A DNA stretch of 63,777 bases, filler included, from Octopus bimaculoides (Eukaryota), in the NCBI RefSeq assembly GCF_001194135.2. It is 6 parts of 5 records of this genome, joined end to end, with 100 filler letters (N's around TTAATTAATTAA, not from the genome) between each part and the next. Parts side by side here need not be neighbours in the genome. Positions count along the whole stretch, not along the records: positions 11,074 to 35,185 come from NC_068985.1; 5 more parts are not named here. One strand, 5' to 3'. Within the stretch, counting starts at the first letter, position 1. Every line of letters starts with the position of its first letter. Both the position numbers and the translations under genes were made by a program. Positions 14,449-28,750 of the stretch are shown here, piece after piece. Under the pieces are notes generated by a model. The model was given only the letters and a program-made list of their open reading frames with translations. It searched no databases and had not been told where the DNA came from.

Positions 14449-14562
14449 AAAAATACCCTGTTGATGATGTTGAAATTCCAATGATTTTGGGTCTAGGTTA
14501 GAAACCGGCTCTTTCTCTATTGGTTAAAAATCTTGAAATAAAACTGAACAATGACATACATA
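13585..14562 (+). mobile_element. 5'-truncated REL-type (R4/Dong/NeSL-like) non-LTR retrotransposon 3' end with duplicated 3'UTR modules
   Basis: 13585-13791 translates LQLLYPDYKFTFISVIIGALGYVTHGLNTNLEKLGFSKPERRKLI*RLQIQSITGTVKICKTFQKFII*, the typical REL C-terminal IIGALG..Q..I.GT.KI motif, with an in-frame TGA at 13720-13722. Followed by repeated UTR blocks separated by (TACA)n. Confidence 0.7.
14010..14290. repeat. (TACA)n tetranucleotide array with TACG/TGCA variants
   Basis: Direct reading. Confidence 0.95.
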
Positions 14563-14899
14563 TCCCAGTTCGTTTATCTTTAAAAGTCCCTGTCTGTCTC
14601 ACTACCAAAGTGTTGTTATCTTTATATGTCTGCCTGTCTTCTCTCCATTATTTCCTTAGCTAATGATATACCAATATGTCTGTCGATATTCCAAGCTACC
14701 ACTCTGCCGCGATGTCGTTTGCATATATTTTATAATTCTTTTTCTTAACTGTCTGTTTGTCTGGTGTCAAAAGTTTCATCTAATTTACAGGGATCTGCTC
14801 TCCTATTTTTCTACCAAATGTTTCCACTTTGCATCCTTTCCCATCTATTTCCCCTCTATCTGCCTTACTCACATATGCATATGTAGGTGACTCTGTGGG

Positions 14900-14937
<38 letters not shown>

Positions 14938-15129
14938 TGTGCATGTGTGTAAACTTTTCCTCTTACGCACCTTTCGCGTGCTCTCTCACCCGCTTACTTC
15001 CTGAAATACTCTCTCATATTGTGTTCATTTTAGTCTCTCTAACTATTAGTTTTCTTTATCTTCTTCTTCCTTTTCCTTATCTTTCTTTCTTTCCCTGTCA
15101 CTCTCTCATTATATATATTACTATCTGTT

Positions 15130-15930
<801 letters not shown>

Positions 15931-16494
15931 CACCCCTCTCATTAAATCACTCACCAGTTTTTTTTTCCCTTTTTCCTCTACAAAATACCTTCACTCTTAT
16001 TTGCTTTTATAGAAACTGCCTGACAATGAGAGTAAACCACTCTCTTGTCATGTATTGTTGAAATCAATAATATAGAGATACCCAACTTATCTCTAGAGAC
16101 TTCCACTGAAGTGACTGACACAAAACGCAATTCGATTCACAAACGCCATTACTTGGCAGCGAGCGACCATTTTACAACAAACCGATAGACTCGAATATTT
16201 GCTTCACAAAACGACTTTATACGCAGCCTTCGAAAGTTATTCATATATCTGTGTTCTATTTGTTCCTGGTGGTGTTCATTTTTTCTCTTTTTATTCTTCT
16301 GTTCTTATATTTTATTGGTTCATTTGTAGCATTTTTTTTTTTTACTTTTGTATTGTTCGATGCTGTTTTTTTTTTTTTTTTNNNNNNNNNNTGTTTTTTT
16401 TTTTTTCTTTCTCTCTAAAGAAAGGTACTTGCTTAATTTGAAACTGTGATGTTGGAAAACGGTGTAATATTAATACACGTTCTGAACAAGCAGT

Positions 16495-16562
16495 TTTTGT
16501 TGTTATTATTATTATTATTATTATCATCATCATCATCATCATCATCATCATTTTTATTATTA

Positions 16563-16596
<34 letters not shown>

Positions 16597-16607
16597 CATC
16601 ATCATCA

Positions 16608-16674
<67 letters not shown>

Positions 16675-16745
16675 CATTATTATTATTATTATTATCATTA
16701 TTATTATTAATATTATCATCATTATTATTATTTTTATCATCATCA

Positions 16746-16803
<58 letters not shown>
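16495..16803. repeat. About 300-bp (ATT)/(ATC) trinucleotide array
   Basis: Direct reading. Confidence 0.95.
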
Positions 16804-17423
16804 CGGTAGCAAGTGACTATAATATTAACTCGTTTTTTTTTTTATTGCGCGAGCAATATGAGCTTGTTGAGGTTGTAATAATATATTGATATTTTAGATC
16901 CCTTGCTGGTTGATTGGTGAGTTCGTTTGATTGCATTTACGAGTTCCATTTGCAAGTATTTATGTTCCCTGCGATGGCGGTTCGGTTTACTCAAAATATA
17001 CACCAATTTTACATCCACACGTGTCCCTTTTACTTCGTTCTCAAGCAAATCTTAATAATAAAAGAACTCTTTTCGCACGTAACTTTAAACGCACAATGTA
17101 CACAAAGCAGCCTTCTTTTATTAGCCAGATATTGCAAATATAAAATGGTATCAGCCTATGATATATAGTTAGCAACAGGGACGTGATTTATAAAGCTTGG
17201 CTAGAACGGTATATTTACAGCTTTCCCCCATAATCATCTGCTCCTGTTTGCAGAACTATAGATCCCTGATAACTACAGGAGATGCTAATCAGAGCAAATA
17301 CAAGCTTTAAGGTAACGTGATCTAGCAATGTTTACTTGTCGATTGCTCGTATTGACTTGAGTGAGCGGAGTTCAGTGGTTATATATCAGCCTGGGCAACC
17401 AGTAATGCATCTAAACACACACA

Positions 17424-17471
<48 letters not shown>

Positions 17472-19617
17472 GAGAAACAAAGGAGATACCAACAAAGCAG
17501 AGACAAGGGGAAACTGTTTGACTGGTTAGCATTAAGAGCCCAATTACCAATGAATCATACACTGTCGTTTTAAAAAGAAGGAACACTACGTTACATAATG
17601 TTATCCTATAAGTAAAACAAGAGGACAGTTACAATGCCCGAACCTTGATTGTAGGCCTGCTAAGATCAGTGCCGAATATCTTTAAAATTGCAGTATTGTG
17701 AGAGCTTCAGAGCCCTCGGCAATATATTTCAGGAGAGATGGAAACGAAGCAACGACAGAGCGTCTTTAAGATAGCTTAAACTTTTAGAGGTAGCAGCTAA
17801 GTCTCCTTCGAAATAATCCTTTAAAAGCATCTTCAGTCGTTGATGTGATCCTGGATAAGTTACATTTTAAAATAAAACAGGGTTTGTTACGATTTTAACA
17901 CCTTTCATAATGACATAATGTCGCTGCTGGATCTTAGCTGGGCTGGGGGCTAAAGAAAAATATCAACTATCAGTAACTTCATACACAATATTGTAAGATA
18001 ATTTTGAAACTCATGGTCCCCAGTTGTTAACAAGTTACCAGCGTGACATGTGAAGGCATATCCTTCAGATGGTGCTTTTAATCCAAATCAGATTAAAAGA
18101 ACTCAATGCTATTGAAGCTGCATTTATTAACCAATTAAAATTCAATTCAGAACACTCGACATCTACTGTCAGTGTTGAGCTGTAAAGTTTCATCGCACCT
18201 ATTTAGAAATCCGTTCACTTGTTTATATTGCCAATAGACATAATACTGTATGGTGGAGTGACATTAACATCAAACGCTTAACCCAAAAGAATTACACATC
18301 AACTACACAACGAGCATCATTATGCAATGGCCTAGGAAGCTATATATTCAGCCATAAGACCTAGTCGTCAACAGAGACGGACGTAAAGGCTTCTAGTTTC
18401 AATATTTTCATACTTAAAGTAGTTGGTACGTGAATTCTTTCCCTCAGATCCATTATTGTTTCAGTTAAATGAATTATGGGAAACCTCCAAAAACAAAGTC
18501 TACCCTTTGACACAACCTTCAAGATCAATGTTGCTTTTCCATGATTCTTCCACGAATGAATACCACCCCCATTCAGAAATTAGTTTGCAATTTTCAAAAG
18601 TCATGACGTAAATACTGGTTTGTTACATTTATGAGTTTAAACGAAGCTTATGTCCTCTTTGTCTTTTGTCTTTTTGAGCTCGATAAAATGTGGACTGATG
18701 TTATTGTAATCGTTTATCCCACTTCTCTCAAACTTGCCCTGCCCTGTGCCTAAATTAGAAACAGTTGTTATAATCAGTATAGTTTTTGTAAAATGTGATT
18801 TGTAGTATCGGTTGAAGAATGGAGCAATTGTATATGGCTTTTAGTTTTTGTTCTTTCATACTCTGATTTCAAAACCCACTGAGGGCAGTTTTGTCCTTCA
18901 TAGTACCCGGGTCGATAAAACCAGTCGAGCCCTGGACTACAGACATTTAAATTGTCTGTGACCACCTTAAATCATTTGCAACCTTTCGTCTCTGCTTGAA
19001 ATAATTATCATAATTAAATCAAATAAATTTCCAATGAGAATAATTTTATTGTACCGAAGAGAAAATTAATTTTATAGACTTTCCGAGATAAATATATGCT
19101 CAGAATTTAATTATAAGCAATCTATTTAGGCGTGTATTTGTTTTGATAACTGAGTCAAAACATTCCATTATATAGCTTCAGTTAAACTTGTAAATTGATA
19201 CATTATTTTTTTACATTAGTCTTTTGTCTTTTATTTTATTTCAATTCTTTCATCAAGCATAACGACTATCAGTTGTGTTTTTCATATTATTTTTGTCTTG
19301 AATTATAATTTTTTTCTGTGAAGCTTCGATTTTTGTTTTGCATTTATATAATTTTATTTGTTCTCTTTTTTTTTTACTACAAACTTTAATGGCTTCAAAT
19401 TATGTTTACGTTGTAAGAGTATGATTTGTTGAGGTTTACAAAAAGAACAGTTAAAATAGAAATGCGTTCTCAAGCGTAATTCTTTTAAATGTTGCCTCCA
19501 TTCACTTAGCTTTTGGTTGACATCAGCTACAATATCTTCAGGCTATAATGGAAATCGCCTGAAGATCTCTTCTTTACTATGTACACCGTACATAGGCAAT
19601 ATCATTTATATTACTAC

Positions 19618-19700
19618 CGTTTACTTGTTCCAGGTATTAGACAGCGGCCATGCTGGTACACCTCCTTGAAGAATTTCGGTTGAACGAATCGAACTCACGG
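19618..19700 (-). mobile_element. SINE family A, 3' fragment
   Basis: tttacttgttccagg..gcggccatgctgg..ccttgaag matches the reverse complement of the family A tail. Confidence 0.55.
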
Positions 19701-21559
19701 CATTACAATTGTGATCCGAATACCCTAACCAATAAACCATACGTATATAGGGAATGATTAGAAACAGAATTGAAGGGTCATGGATGAATTGCATTTTGTT
19801 CAATCAGATTTCGTTTTCCTCAATCAAGAGTTATCTTCCGGTCGCCATCAAAATACTTGAAGATTAAGAACACTGGCTACGCCACCATTGGCTGGATATT
19901 AACGGCCATAACTACTTTAATCTCTGCTTGGTGTATGTATCTGTCAGTATACATACATTTTGTGACGACTGTCACACACAGGGAGAGAGATAATAGCCTT
20001 CAGGCTTGCGTTAATGTATGTGTGTGTGTGTGTGCCTTAGTTTATGCTTGTAACTTTCTGCCGCCCAACAGTGAAACGCGCCGATATTGAAAGTTTACTT
20101 GCAGCCTGGGCTTTAGAGGAACAACAACGTTCACTTTGAAGTACGACCAACATAAAGATTTGGCTGATTTAATACCACACGCAATACTCGGAAATATATC
20201 TGAAAAAAAATATTATTCTGGTTATTATAACAAATTCAAAAACTTGGCGATGTAAAAAGCCTCAGCGGCTCTTTCAATATAATTACAGAAATGTTATTCC
20301 ACTCCTAAACAATTTCAAGATAATTCTTAACAGTCCTCCTAAGCTTCTTGATCACTGTGTGTATCAGCGTCGCACAACATTTTTACTGCGTTAGTATTTA
20401 TTCTAAAGCCTATAACGTTACACACTTAAAAAATATATAGTAATGTCAAATTAATTCACATCTTGTTATTTACATCCTTCAGCAAATATTTTAAATTAAC
20501 ATTATAAAAACAGCACCTTCCTTTCTCTACACTTGGTTCAGCGTTCGTTTCAAAATTGTAAAATAAATTATTTTTCTGTGAAAAATTGAATTATGCCTTC
20601 TGAATTTTCTTGGACTTTCACTTTCTTCACCGTGATATTCAATCGTGAATTTTATAACATTTAGCACATATTCCAAATAAATGTTGATTTTCTGTACTTT
20701 GTTACATTGGTGACGCATAGAAACTTTTGCTAAATTGGTGACTTTCCATGTTTTTTATAGTATAACTATGCTACAGAACGTACGTTTTGCATCTATATTG
20801 GATACATGTCGTTTCGTTTGAACTTCGTATATGAACATTTTCCTGTTTTCAATATTATCAATTCTGTGCGTGTTTCTGCGTTCCTTACGTCTTTAGTATA
20901 CTATAGTAAAGAACATTTTACGTTATTTTAATGAGCCTTCATCTAATGAAGTAGCCATTCTTATGGTTGGTGATCCCCGTGAAAATTGATATTCTCATTC
21001 GTATTCGAGATAACAACCTTAATCGTGTTTCATAGACTCATCCCTCTTTTCATGCTCTCCAGTATACTCTTATTCTGTGGAATGGACAAGATGGGTATCA
21101 TTTCAATATTCCACGGATTGACCCTGCAACAGAATAGCCAATTACAAACAAAAACAAATGACTTCTATTCTTATCAGCTGATGTTAGGACCGGAACGAAC
21201 AATCAAATCAATTACACATGTCAAATAAACTTTATTTTCATTTAAATATTTTATACGTTATTTCAATAACCAGCAACAGTTATTTCAAAAACACTTCTCT
21301 ACAACGACCAGGTTTCATTAGAGAATGAAAATAGTTTCACACTTTCAATTTGAACCAAAATTACGAAGTGTCGCATTACGAGAGTGACGATGTGTGAATC
21401 ATGAAAGTAATGATTCTTCGAATTAGTCACATCTGTATTATAATAAAGAAAGTTGCTTATTATTTATTTATCTACCAAATAAACTATGTTTTTTGACTCA
21501 ATAACTCTTTTTTAAAGCTAACATTATCTCGGCAACCAGGTTGGGTCGCATAATTTTGA

Positions 21560-22885
21560 GCTCATATTCGGACAATATTTCGATTTGCTTCTAACGTTTT
21601 ACTTTCGTCCGATGTTTGAAGTTATACTTGGAAAAACTTTTTCGCTAAGTTCCTCAACCGAGCTGACCAAGGTGCAGATTTTTGATGGATTCAAGTGACC
21701 TTCATGATTGATATGTAGTCTTCCTTCTCTAAGCTGCAAATTGTTCTGCAAGATGATCCCCATGCAAATGTGCTCTCATATTTGTAGAAAGCTTTAACAT
21801 TTTGATATGCTTCCATAAAATAGATTTCAAACATTCTTTCAATTCATACGCCTTTGTTTGGCAAAGTTTGTCTGAAATCTCATGAAAGTACTACTGTCAC
21901 ACCTCACGAGAAACAACTGGAACTCAGTAAATCCTGCAGCATTCTGTTAACAGCTTCTGCTGATTTTTTATGGGACATTGTAGCTTTGTCTCATATGATC
22001 AAGGAGCATTTCATGAGAACTTGAGCTAAAGAAGAGCTTTAACTAATATTGCAGACAGGTTCATTATTTGAAGTTAGATTGAATGATACCTTGAATGCTG
22101 CGTGAGCTGTTCGACCTCCTGGAAGTAAGGTCGTAGCAATTCCAGAACACTCCACAGCTAGGGCTATTTCCTTTTTTTTGCCAGACTTTGGCTAGCACTA
22201 AATTTTTAACAAAAGTCTTTCCAGTTCCTCCTGGTGCGTCTAAAAAATATAATCCTCATCTATTATGTGCCACTTGGTTAATGATTGCTGTATATGCAAG
22301 TTGTTGGTCTAGCAAAGGTTTCGAGACATTTTCTTCAAAAAATCTTGTTAATGAATCAATATCATAGGAAGTTCCTCGCAAAACTTCTGTGATCAAATTA
22401 TTCACCTTATTTCAGGTAAGCTAAACATGCTGAGCTCCTTCCCTTCCATTGAGACAATGCGATCTTCAATATCAACCTATGCAGAATGATATATGTCATC
22501 GTTGAATGCTATTTCCCTCTCAGGGAATCTTAATTGAGCTAGATATATGTAGTCCTCGAATAAATCATTCTTATATTTGTGCCACAACGCTAATAGATTA
22601 CTTACTTCACAATTTCACAATTCGGGAGAATTGAGAATTTCAAAAAGATCTCTGAAAGAAATAGGTGTGCGTGACACTGAAGCCTCAGCCATTGTTCTAT
22701 CCCACTGATTGTCATCTTCTAACAAATTTAAGGCTAAACAGGCTTTTCTACAAGTATGAACAGTTTGACCATCAATCGTTCTTAGGAAGGAGAAGGAAGT
22801 CGGTCCTCTTATTTCCTGAAGAGGCAGCCCTAAAAGAAAGATTCATAGTGACTCGGATGCACAGAGTCAATTCTTCCGATTGTCG
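21560..22885 (-). pseudogene. Decayed Helitron Rep/Hel (PIF1-like SF1 helicase) fragment
   Basis: Minus strand YFLDAPGGTGKTF (Walker A, 22211-22249), IALAVECSGIATTLLPGGRTAHAAFK, CRKACLALNLLEDDNQWDRTMAEASVS and LWHKYKNDLFED, all typical Helitron motifs; multiple stops and frameshifts. Confidence 0.9.
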
Positions 22886-23018
22886 AGTCAAATACTTTTA
22901 TACTTGGATGACCCTCAACGACCCTATACTTGGATGACCTATATACTTGGATGACCCTCATCTTTTTTTATAGCAATATAAAGTAATATACTTTATTACA
23001 GCTACACACACATACTCA

Positions 23019-23400
23019 TGTGGAGGCGCAATGGCCCAGTGGTGAGCGCAGCGGACTCGCAGTCGTAGGATCGCGGTTTCGATTCCCAGACTGAGCGTTG
23101 TGAGTGTTTATTGAGCGAAAACACCTAAAGTTCCACAAGGCTCCGGCAGGGGATGATGGTGAACCCTGCTGTACTCTTCCACCACAACTTTCTCTCACTC
23201 TTTCTTCTTGTTTCTGTTGTATCTGTATTTCAGCGGGCCAACCTTGTCACACTATGTCACGCTGAATATCCCCGAGAACTACGTTAAGGGTACACGTTTC
23301 TGTGGAGTGCTCAGCCACTTGCACGTTAATTTCACGAGCAGGCTGTTCCGCTGATCGGATCAACCGGAACCCTCGTCGTCGTAACCGACGGAGTGCCAAC
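23019..23400 (+). mobile_element. SINE family C (tRNA-Arg-like head)
   Basis: tgtggaggcgcaatggcccagtgg..ggtttcgattccc head; 3' body ends ccctcgtcgtcgtaaccgacggagtgcc; possible short TSD tactcat (23013-23019, 23406-23412). Confidence 0.85.
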
Positions 23401-24607
23401 CATATTACTCATATGGCATACTTACAGAAGAGTGCCCCCACCGAATTTGTTTCTTCCTAGGCTTAGGAAAACTAAGTAATTTCAAATGAAAAGTTGTATA
23501 AATATGATGAAGTGAGATAGGAAAATGACAGCTGACTTCATAAATTCTGATGTGGAATACGTAAAACGAAGAAAAATCATTGGAGTGAAATCTAAGTTAC
23601 GGTTTCTATTCTGACGGTAGGGAGGGAATAAAACAAAAGTGTTCTTCTATAGTCTCTATTGTGAAGGTAGGCAGGTATGAAAAGAAAACTGGTCTTCTAC
23701 AAGTATAAATATAGAACGAATGTAAAAAAATACTTATTTAAGTAATACTTATAGTAATATGAATAAAGCTTACTACGGTTATATACACACACACGTTATT
23801 ATCTGTGTCGTTATATTACACATATGGCGTACCTACATAAGAGTGATCCACGGTATTTTGAAATAAAATGAAATATAATAATCCTATGAAAATTGTGTCC
23901 TTTAGGCAGGTTATTCATTTTTAATTTGTAAGTGGTTTGATAATCCTACAACAATTATATCCCTTAGACGCTTCATTTAGTTATTGTTAATTTGCAAGTG
24001 GCATATCTTCATTCTATAAAAATGATAATCCTTAGACCCTTCATTTATTTTTGAAATGCGATTTTGTACATGTTGGAAAAGTGCCAGTAGCTCCCTTCGG
24101 AGGGCCGCTAGAGACTCGGGACCACTTGCATTGTGTCCGTCGTGAAATTTTACACATGAATTAGCTTTTAGTTTTCATATCGACGGCGTAGGTTTTCTTC
24201 CTATAGGCGGACACATAGACAGACAGACAGACAGAAAGACAGACATACACACACAGAGATATCCATTTTTATTATATATATATATATATATATNNNNNNN
24301 NNNGATGCATATATGCGTGTATGTATGTGCGTATGTGTGGATTATGTATGGACAACATACTCTTACTGTAGAATGAAACACAAAAGTCTTAAAACCCACA
24401 TTCACAGCAGCACGTATCTTTTTCATTCGATATCGCAATAATTACATTTTTTAAACATATAAATATATATTTGCGATGTAAAAATTTCTTTACACACTGA
24501 GTTGATTAATTTCTTGGCAGACGATAATAAATACAATTCTTTTCATTCCACAAGTCTCACATTTTCGCGCTGTTATATAAAACAAATATTGATTTCCATC
24601 GATAATA

Positions 24608-25014
24608 GGCGCATGCGTATTTGCGTGGTTGAGAAACTTCCCTCCAGATCGTGAAGTCTTGGGCTCAGTTCCACTGCGTAACATCTTGGACATTTGTCTT
24701 GTATTGTAACCCAGAACCTACTGAAGTCTTATGAATTGATTTGGAAGGGGAAAATTGAAAGAATCCCGCCGTATATAGATATATGTATATATTTATGTAG
24801 GTATTTATATTGTGTTTGCATTCGTGTTTGTCCCTCACATCGCTTGACAACCGGTGTTGTTTCATCAACGTCTCCCCAACTTGGCGGTCGGCATAACAGA
24901 CCGACACCATGGGTACCGGACTTTAAGATAACTACTAGGATTGATTTCATCGACTAAATTATTCAAGACTGTCCCCAGCATGACCGCTGTCGAATAACTG
25001 AATCAAGTAAAAGG
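24608..25014 (+). mobile_element. SINE family A, diverged full-length copy
   Basis: gggctcagttccactgcg..catcgcttgacaaccggtgttg..cagcatgaccgc..aagtaaaagg. Confidence 0.75.
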
Positions 25015-25330
25015 GAATCCCCAAGGCCTGTTTTCGTCCTTGCTGTATAAAACTAATAGAGCAAAATCCCCGATGCAAATTTATACATTTTCCTCCTTCT
25101 AAAATCGCTAACGTAATCTTTACTCTTTTACTTCTTTCAATCATTTCACAACAGTTCTGTCAAAGCATTACTTGAAACGGTTTCAGGCGAACAAATTGTC
25201 CCCAGTACTTTCTAAGCACGGTACTTATTTTATTACTGGATTGTTATGTTACGGGAGCGTAAATAATCCAATATTGTTTGTCAAGTCATGGTGGAGGAGA
25301 CACAAAGGCGCACATATAAATATAAATGGT

Positions 25331-25452
25331 GAGCTTCCTCCCAGTTTCCGTGTACCAAATTCACTCAAGTGCATTTGGTGACAGGGAGCTAAAGTAGAGG
25401 ATACATGTCCAAGACGTTGCGTAATGGGATTGTTTTTAACCACACAGCCATA
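25331..25452 (-). mobile_element. SINE family A, degenerate 5' fragment
   Basis: cagtttccgtgtaccaaattcactc..accacacagcca resembles the reverse complement of the family A head. Confidence 0.55.
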
Positions 25453-25934
25453 CTTAGAGATATCAACAAAGATCGTCACCAATAACTTGAACCTCTGTCT
25501 GTCCTCTATAACCATAACGGTGACTTTCGTAGAGCCTGATAATCATCTGAAGACCTAATCTCTTAAATGACACACCAGTTAGCTTTGGTGGGGAAAGCAA
25601 TGTTGTTGTCTTAGACATCAGCATGTGAATCTGATGTGCGTCTAACGTACGAATATTTTTTCTAAATTTCTTTTCTATGTGATTAATCTCACCCTCATCT
25701 CATTGCTTTTGGGCTTGGGGGCGTCTCATCAGATCGTACTGTCGTGGCGTGTACTGACGGGACTATTTTCTTCGCAATTTCTCTGAATTCTAAGCAAAGG
25801 ATTTTAAATTTTATTTCTCACTTTCTCCCTTCTAAATGTTAGTGATCGAATCGTAGTTATACCTAGTATCACTCAGCTCATGGAATCTCTCATTTCCACA
25901 CAGAGCGTAACAAACCAGATATGAAATATCAGAA

Positions 25935-26150
25935 GGCAGCAAGTTATCAGAAACGTTATCACGCAGGGCGAAATGCCTAGTGGTATTTAGTCTGTCTTTA
26001 CGTTCTGATTTCAAATTCCACTGAGGTCGACTTTGCCTTTCATCCTTTCGAGGTCGATTAATTAAGTACCAGTTGCGTACTGGCGTCGATCTAATTGAGA
26101 GGCCCCTTCCCCCAAAATGTTGGGCCTTGTGCCTAGAGTGGAAAAGATAT
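25935..26150 (+). mobile_element. SINE family B (tRNA-like)
   Basis: cagaaacgtta..ttcaaattcc (B box)..gaggtcgactttgcctttcatcc..gggccttgtgcctagag; same family as 44265-44481. Confidence 0.85.
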
Positions 26151-26279
26151 CAAATATCAGACCTGCAATGGTTCCAATGAACGGAGAATCGAAAATAATC
26201 AGCATATATTTATCAATGTCCCTTTATCTAATAAGTACAGAATGCTAGGATGTACGGATAGCTTTATTCTTACCTTCTA

Positions 26280-26814
26280 AATATTGATATTTGTTTAAAT
26301 TTTGGTACAAGATCAGCAATCTTGGGGTAGAGGTGTGTCGATTACATTGACCCCGGTACTCACCCGATACTTATTTTTTTCAACCCCATAATACTTTCTA
26401 TTATGAGCACAAGGCCTGAGATTTGGGGTAGGGGACAGGCAATTACATACACCCCAGTACTCAACTGGTACTTAATTTATCCATCCCAAAAAGGATAAAA
26501 AGCAAAGTCGACCTCGGCGGAATTCGCTAAGCATTTCGCCCGGCATGCTAACAATTCCTATTTCTTTTTTGCCCACAAGGGGCTAAACATAGAGGGGACA
26601 AACAAGGACAGACAAAGGTATTAAGTCGATTACATCGACCCCAGTGCGTAACTGGTACTCAATTTATCGACACCCAAAAGGATGAAAAACAAAGTCGACC
26701 TCGGCGGAATTTCAACACAGAACGTAACGGCAGACGAAATACCGCTAGGCGTTTCGCCCGGCGTTTCGCCCGGCGTTTCGCCCGGCGTGCTAACGTTTCC
26801 GCCAGCTTGCCACC
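26280..26814 (-). mobile_element. Three head-to-tail SINE family B copies or fragments (about 26280-26385, 26395-26557, 26558-26814)
   Basis: Repeated gtcgattacat(c/t)gacccc, aaggat(a/g)aaaa(a/g)caaagtcgacctcggcggaatt and tttcgcccggc motifs; different 3' tails. Confidence 0.8.
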
Positions 26815-27114
26815 TTCAACCTAGAACACAATGCCGGAAGAAATGCAGCTATCCGGCGTGATAGTGGTTCTTCCAGCCCGCCGCCCACGATACTACTGGT
26901 GTATTTTGTACGTATATTCTTGTCTATATACGCGTCTACGTTATTTTCGCTCTAATTCAGAGTATTGAGCACTCTTTTTAGACGTAGATACACCGCAAAA
27001 TATACTTAGAAATATTTTTTAAATCTATACATATCTACGTACCTATGTATGTCTGCACGTATACATAAGTATATGTATACAAACATACACACACAAACAT
27101 ATACATACATACAA

Positions 27115-27161
<47 letters not shown>

Positions 27162-27468
27162 NNNNNNNNNNNNNNNNNNNNNNNNNNNNNNNNNNNNNNN
27201 NNNNNNNNNNNNNNNNNNNNNNNNNNNNNNNNNNNNNNNNNNNNNNNNNNNNNNNNNNNNNNNNNNNNNNNNNNNNNNNNNNNNNNNNNNNNNNNNNNNN
27301 NNNNNNNNNNNNNNNNNNNNNNNNNNNNNNNNNNNNNNNNNNNNNNNNNNNNNNNNNNNNNNNNNNNNNNNNNNNNNNNNNNNNNNNNNNNNNNNNNNNN
27401 NNNNNNNNNNNNNNNNNNNNNNNNNNNNNNNNNNNNNNNNNNNNNNNNNNNNNNNNNNNNNNNNNNNN

Positions 27469-27511
<43 letters not shown>

Positions 27512-28634
27512 ATGTATATGTATCTCTGTTTCAAGTGCAGACAATCTAACGTTAAATCGATAGACATCAAACCAGAGCTATACGTTCATAAAGACGCCTC
27601 AATTTATTTTCTGTTTCTTTTTACTTCCTTTTATATGTTATATTTTCCCCTTTTTCAACCACTTAACATTCTGTTGATGATAGTAAGTTACTGAGGAAGC
27701 CTACCGCATCAATACTGGTAAATACCGCTTGAACGTCTGTGATGTATGCTTCCACTGGCTGCAATTAGTCAAAGAGTCATAACATTATACCTATTGTAAT
27801 ATTGATTTCAAACATAAAGGCGTTGGAATGACAGAATAACAGAATGTCGCCCAATAACTATTTACCTATCCTTTCATTCTGATTTCAAATTCTGGCGATG
27901 CCGACTTTGTCTTCCTCTCTTCAAGGTTCGGTCTTTAAGTGGGAAAACTAGAAAACTTAATTAACTATATTATTTCCCAAAATGTGTGAACTTGTCCAAA
28001 TGTATAAAAAATATTAAAAGGATTTCTATATCGACTTCAAAAGTTTGGTTGTTTTTATTTATATCGTCTTTAAGAGGGATGAAGAATATAATTATTTCAG
28101 ATAGAGGTTTGTACTGTGAACATAGACGGATGGCGCGTGACCTTTTGGTTAGGTTGTTGAATTCATGACCGTAACATTTTGGGTTCGATTTCTTGACCAA
28201 TTGTGAGTAGTGTAATTGCTATTTAATTTTACCTGGACCCAGTCACCTCAACTGAATATGAACTGCATATGTAGCAGAAGGGTGTCTCAGATTTTTAGCC
28301 CTAAAATCTTGAAAATACAAGATGTTAAACCCCTTGGCAGCTATGACACACTGGCTGATGATGATGATTATGGTGTAGCCTTATAATATTTATTTTCCTA
28401 CTTTCACATTTTAATTTCAAACCCTGCCATTGGGAATTCTGCCTGTCTGTCTTTTGGCCCCGTATAATGAGCTCCTGTCTTTATTGTTATTTTTTGTTGT
28501 TGTTTGCATACAGCTCAGGGTCTGGCTTCGTCTAGCACTTCCATAAGCATCCTACCTCGACCATCCTGTCTTTTCCCCCGTTTTCGGTAAGCCCAGGACA
28601 ATATTATCCAATGTGTCCTTTTCTAACGCGGTAG

Positions 28635-28750
28635 TGTTGAAAGGATAAAAGGTAAGTCGACCTCGGCAACATTTGAACTCAGAACATAAAAACGGATAAA
28701 GTACTACTAAGCATAGTTTCCAGGATACTAACGAGTCTGCCAGCCAATTC
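28635..28750 (-). mobile_element. SINE family B, 5' part
   Basis: gaaaggataaaaggtaagtcgacctcggcaacatttgaactcagaac..ctgccagcc. Confidence 0.7.

Noticed and set aside
23019-23095. tRNA-like sequence (also 31984, 41385, 8918 and family A/B heads)
   Set aside because: A and B boxes are present but there is no full cloverleaf, and each continues into a SINE body; these are SINE heads, not tRNA genes.
24088-24112. gctcccttcggagggccgctag as a Helitron 3' hairpin plus CTAG
   Set aside because: The stem is only about 4 bp, and it is on the wrong strand and side for the minus-strand helicase fragment.
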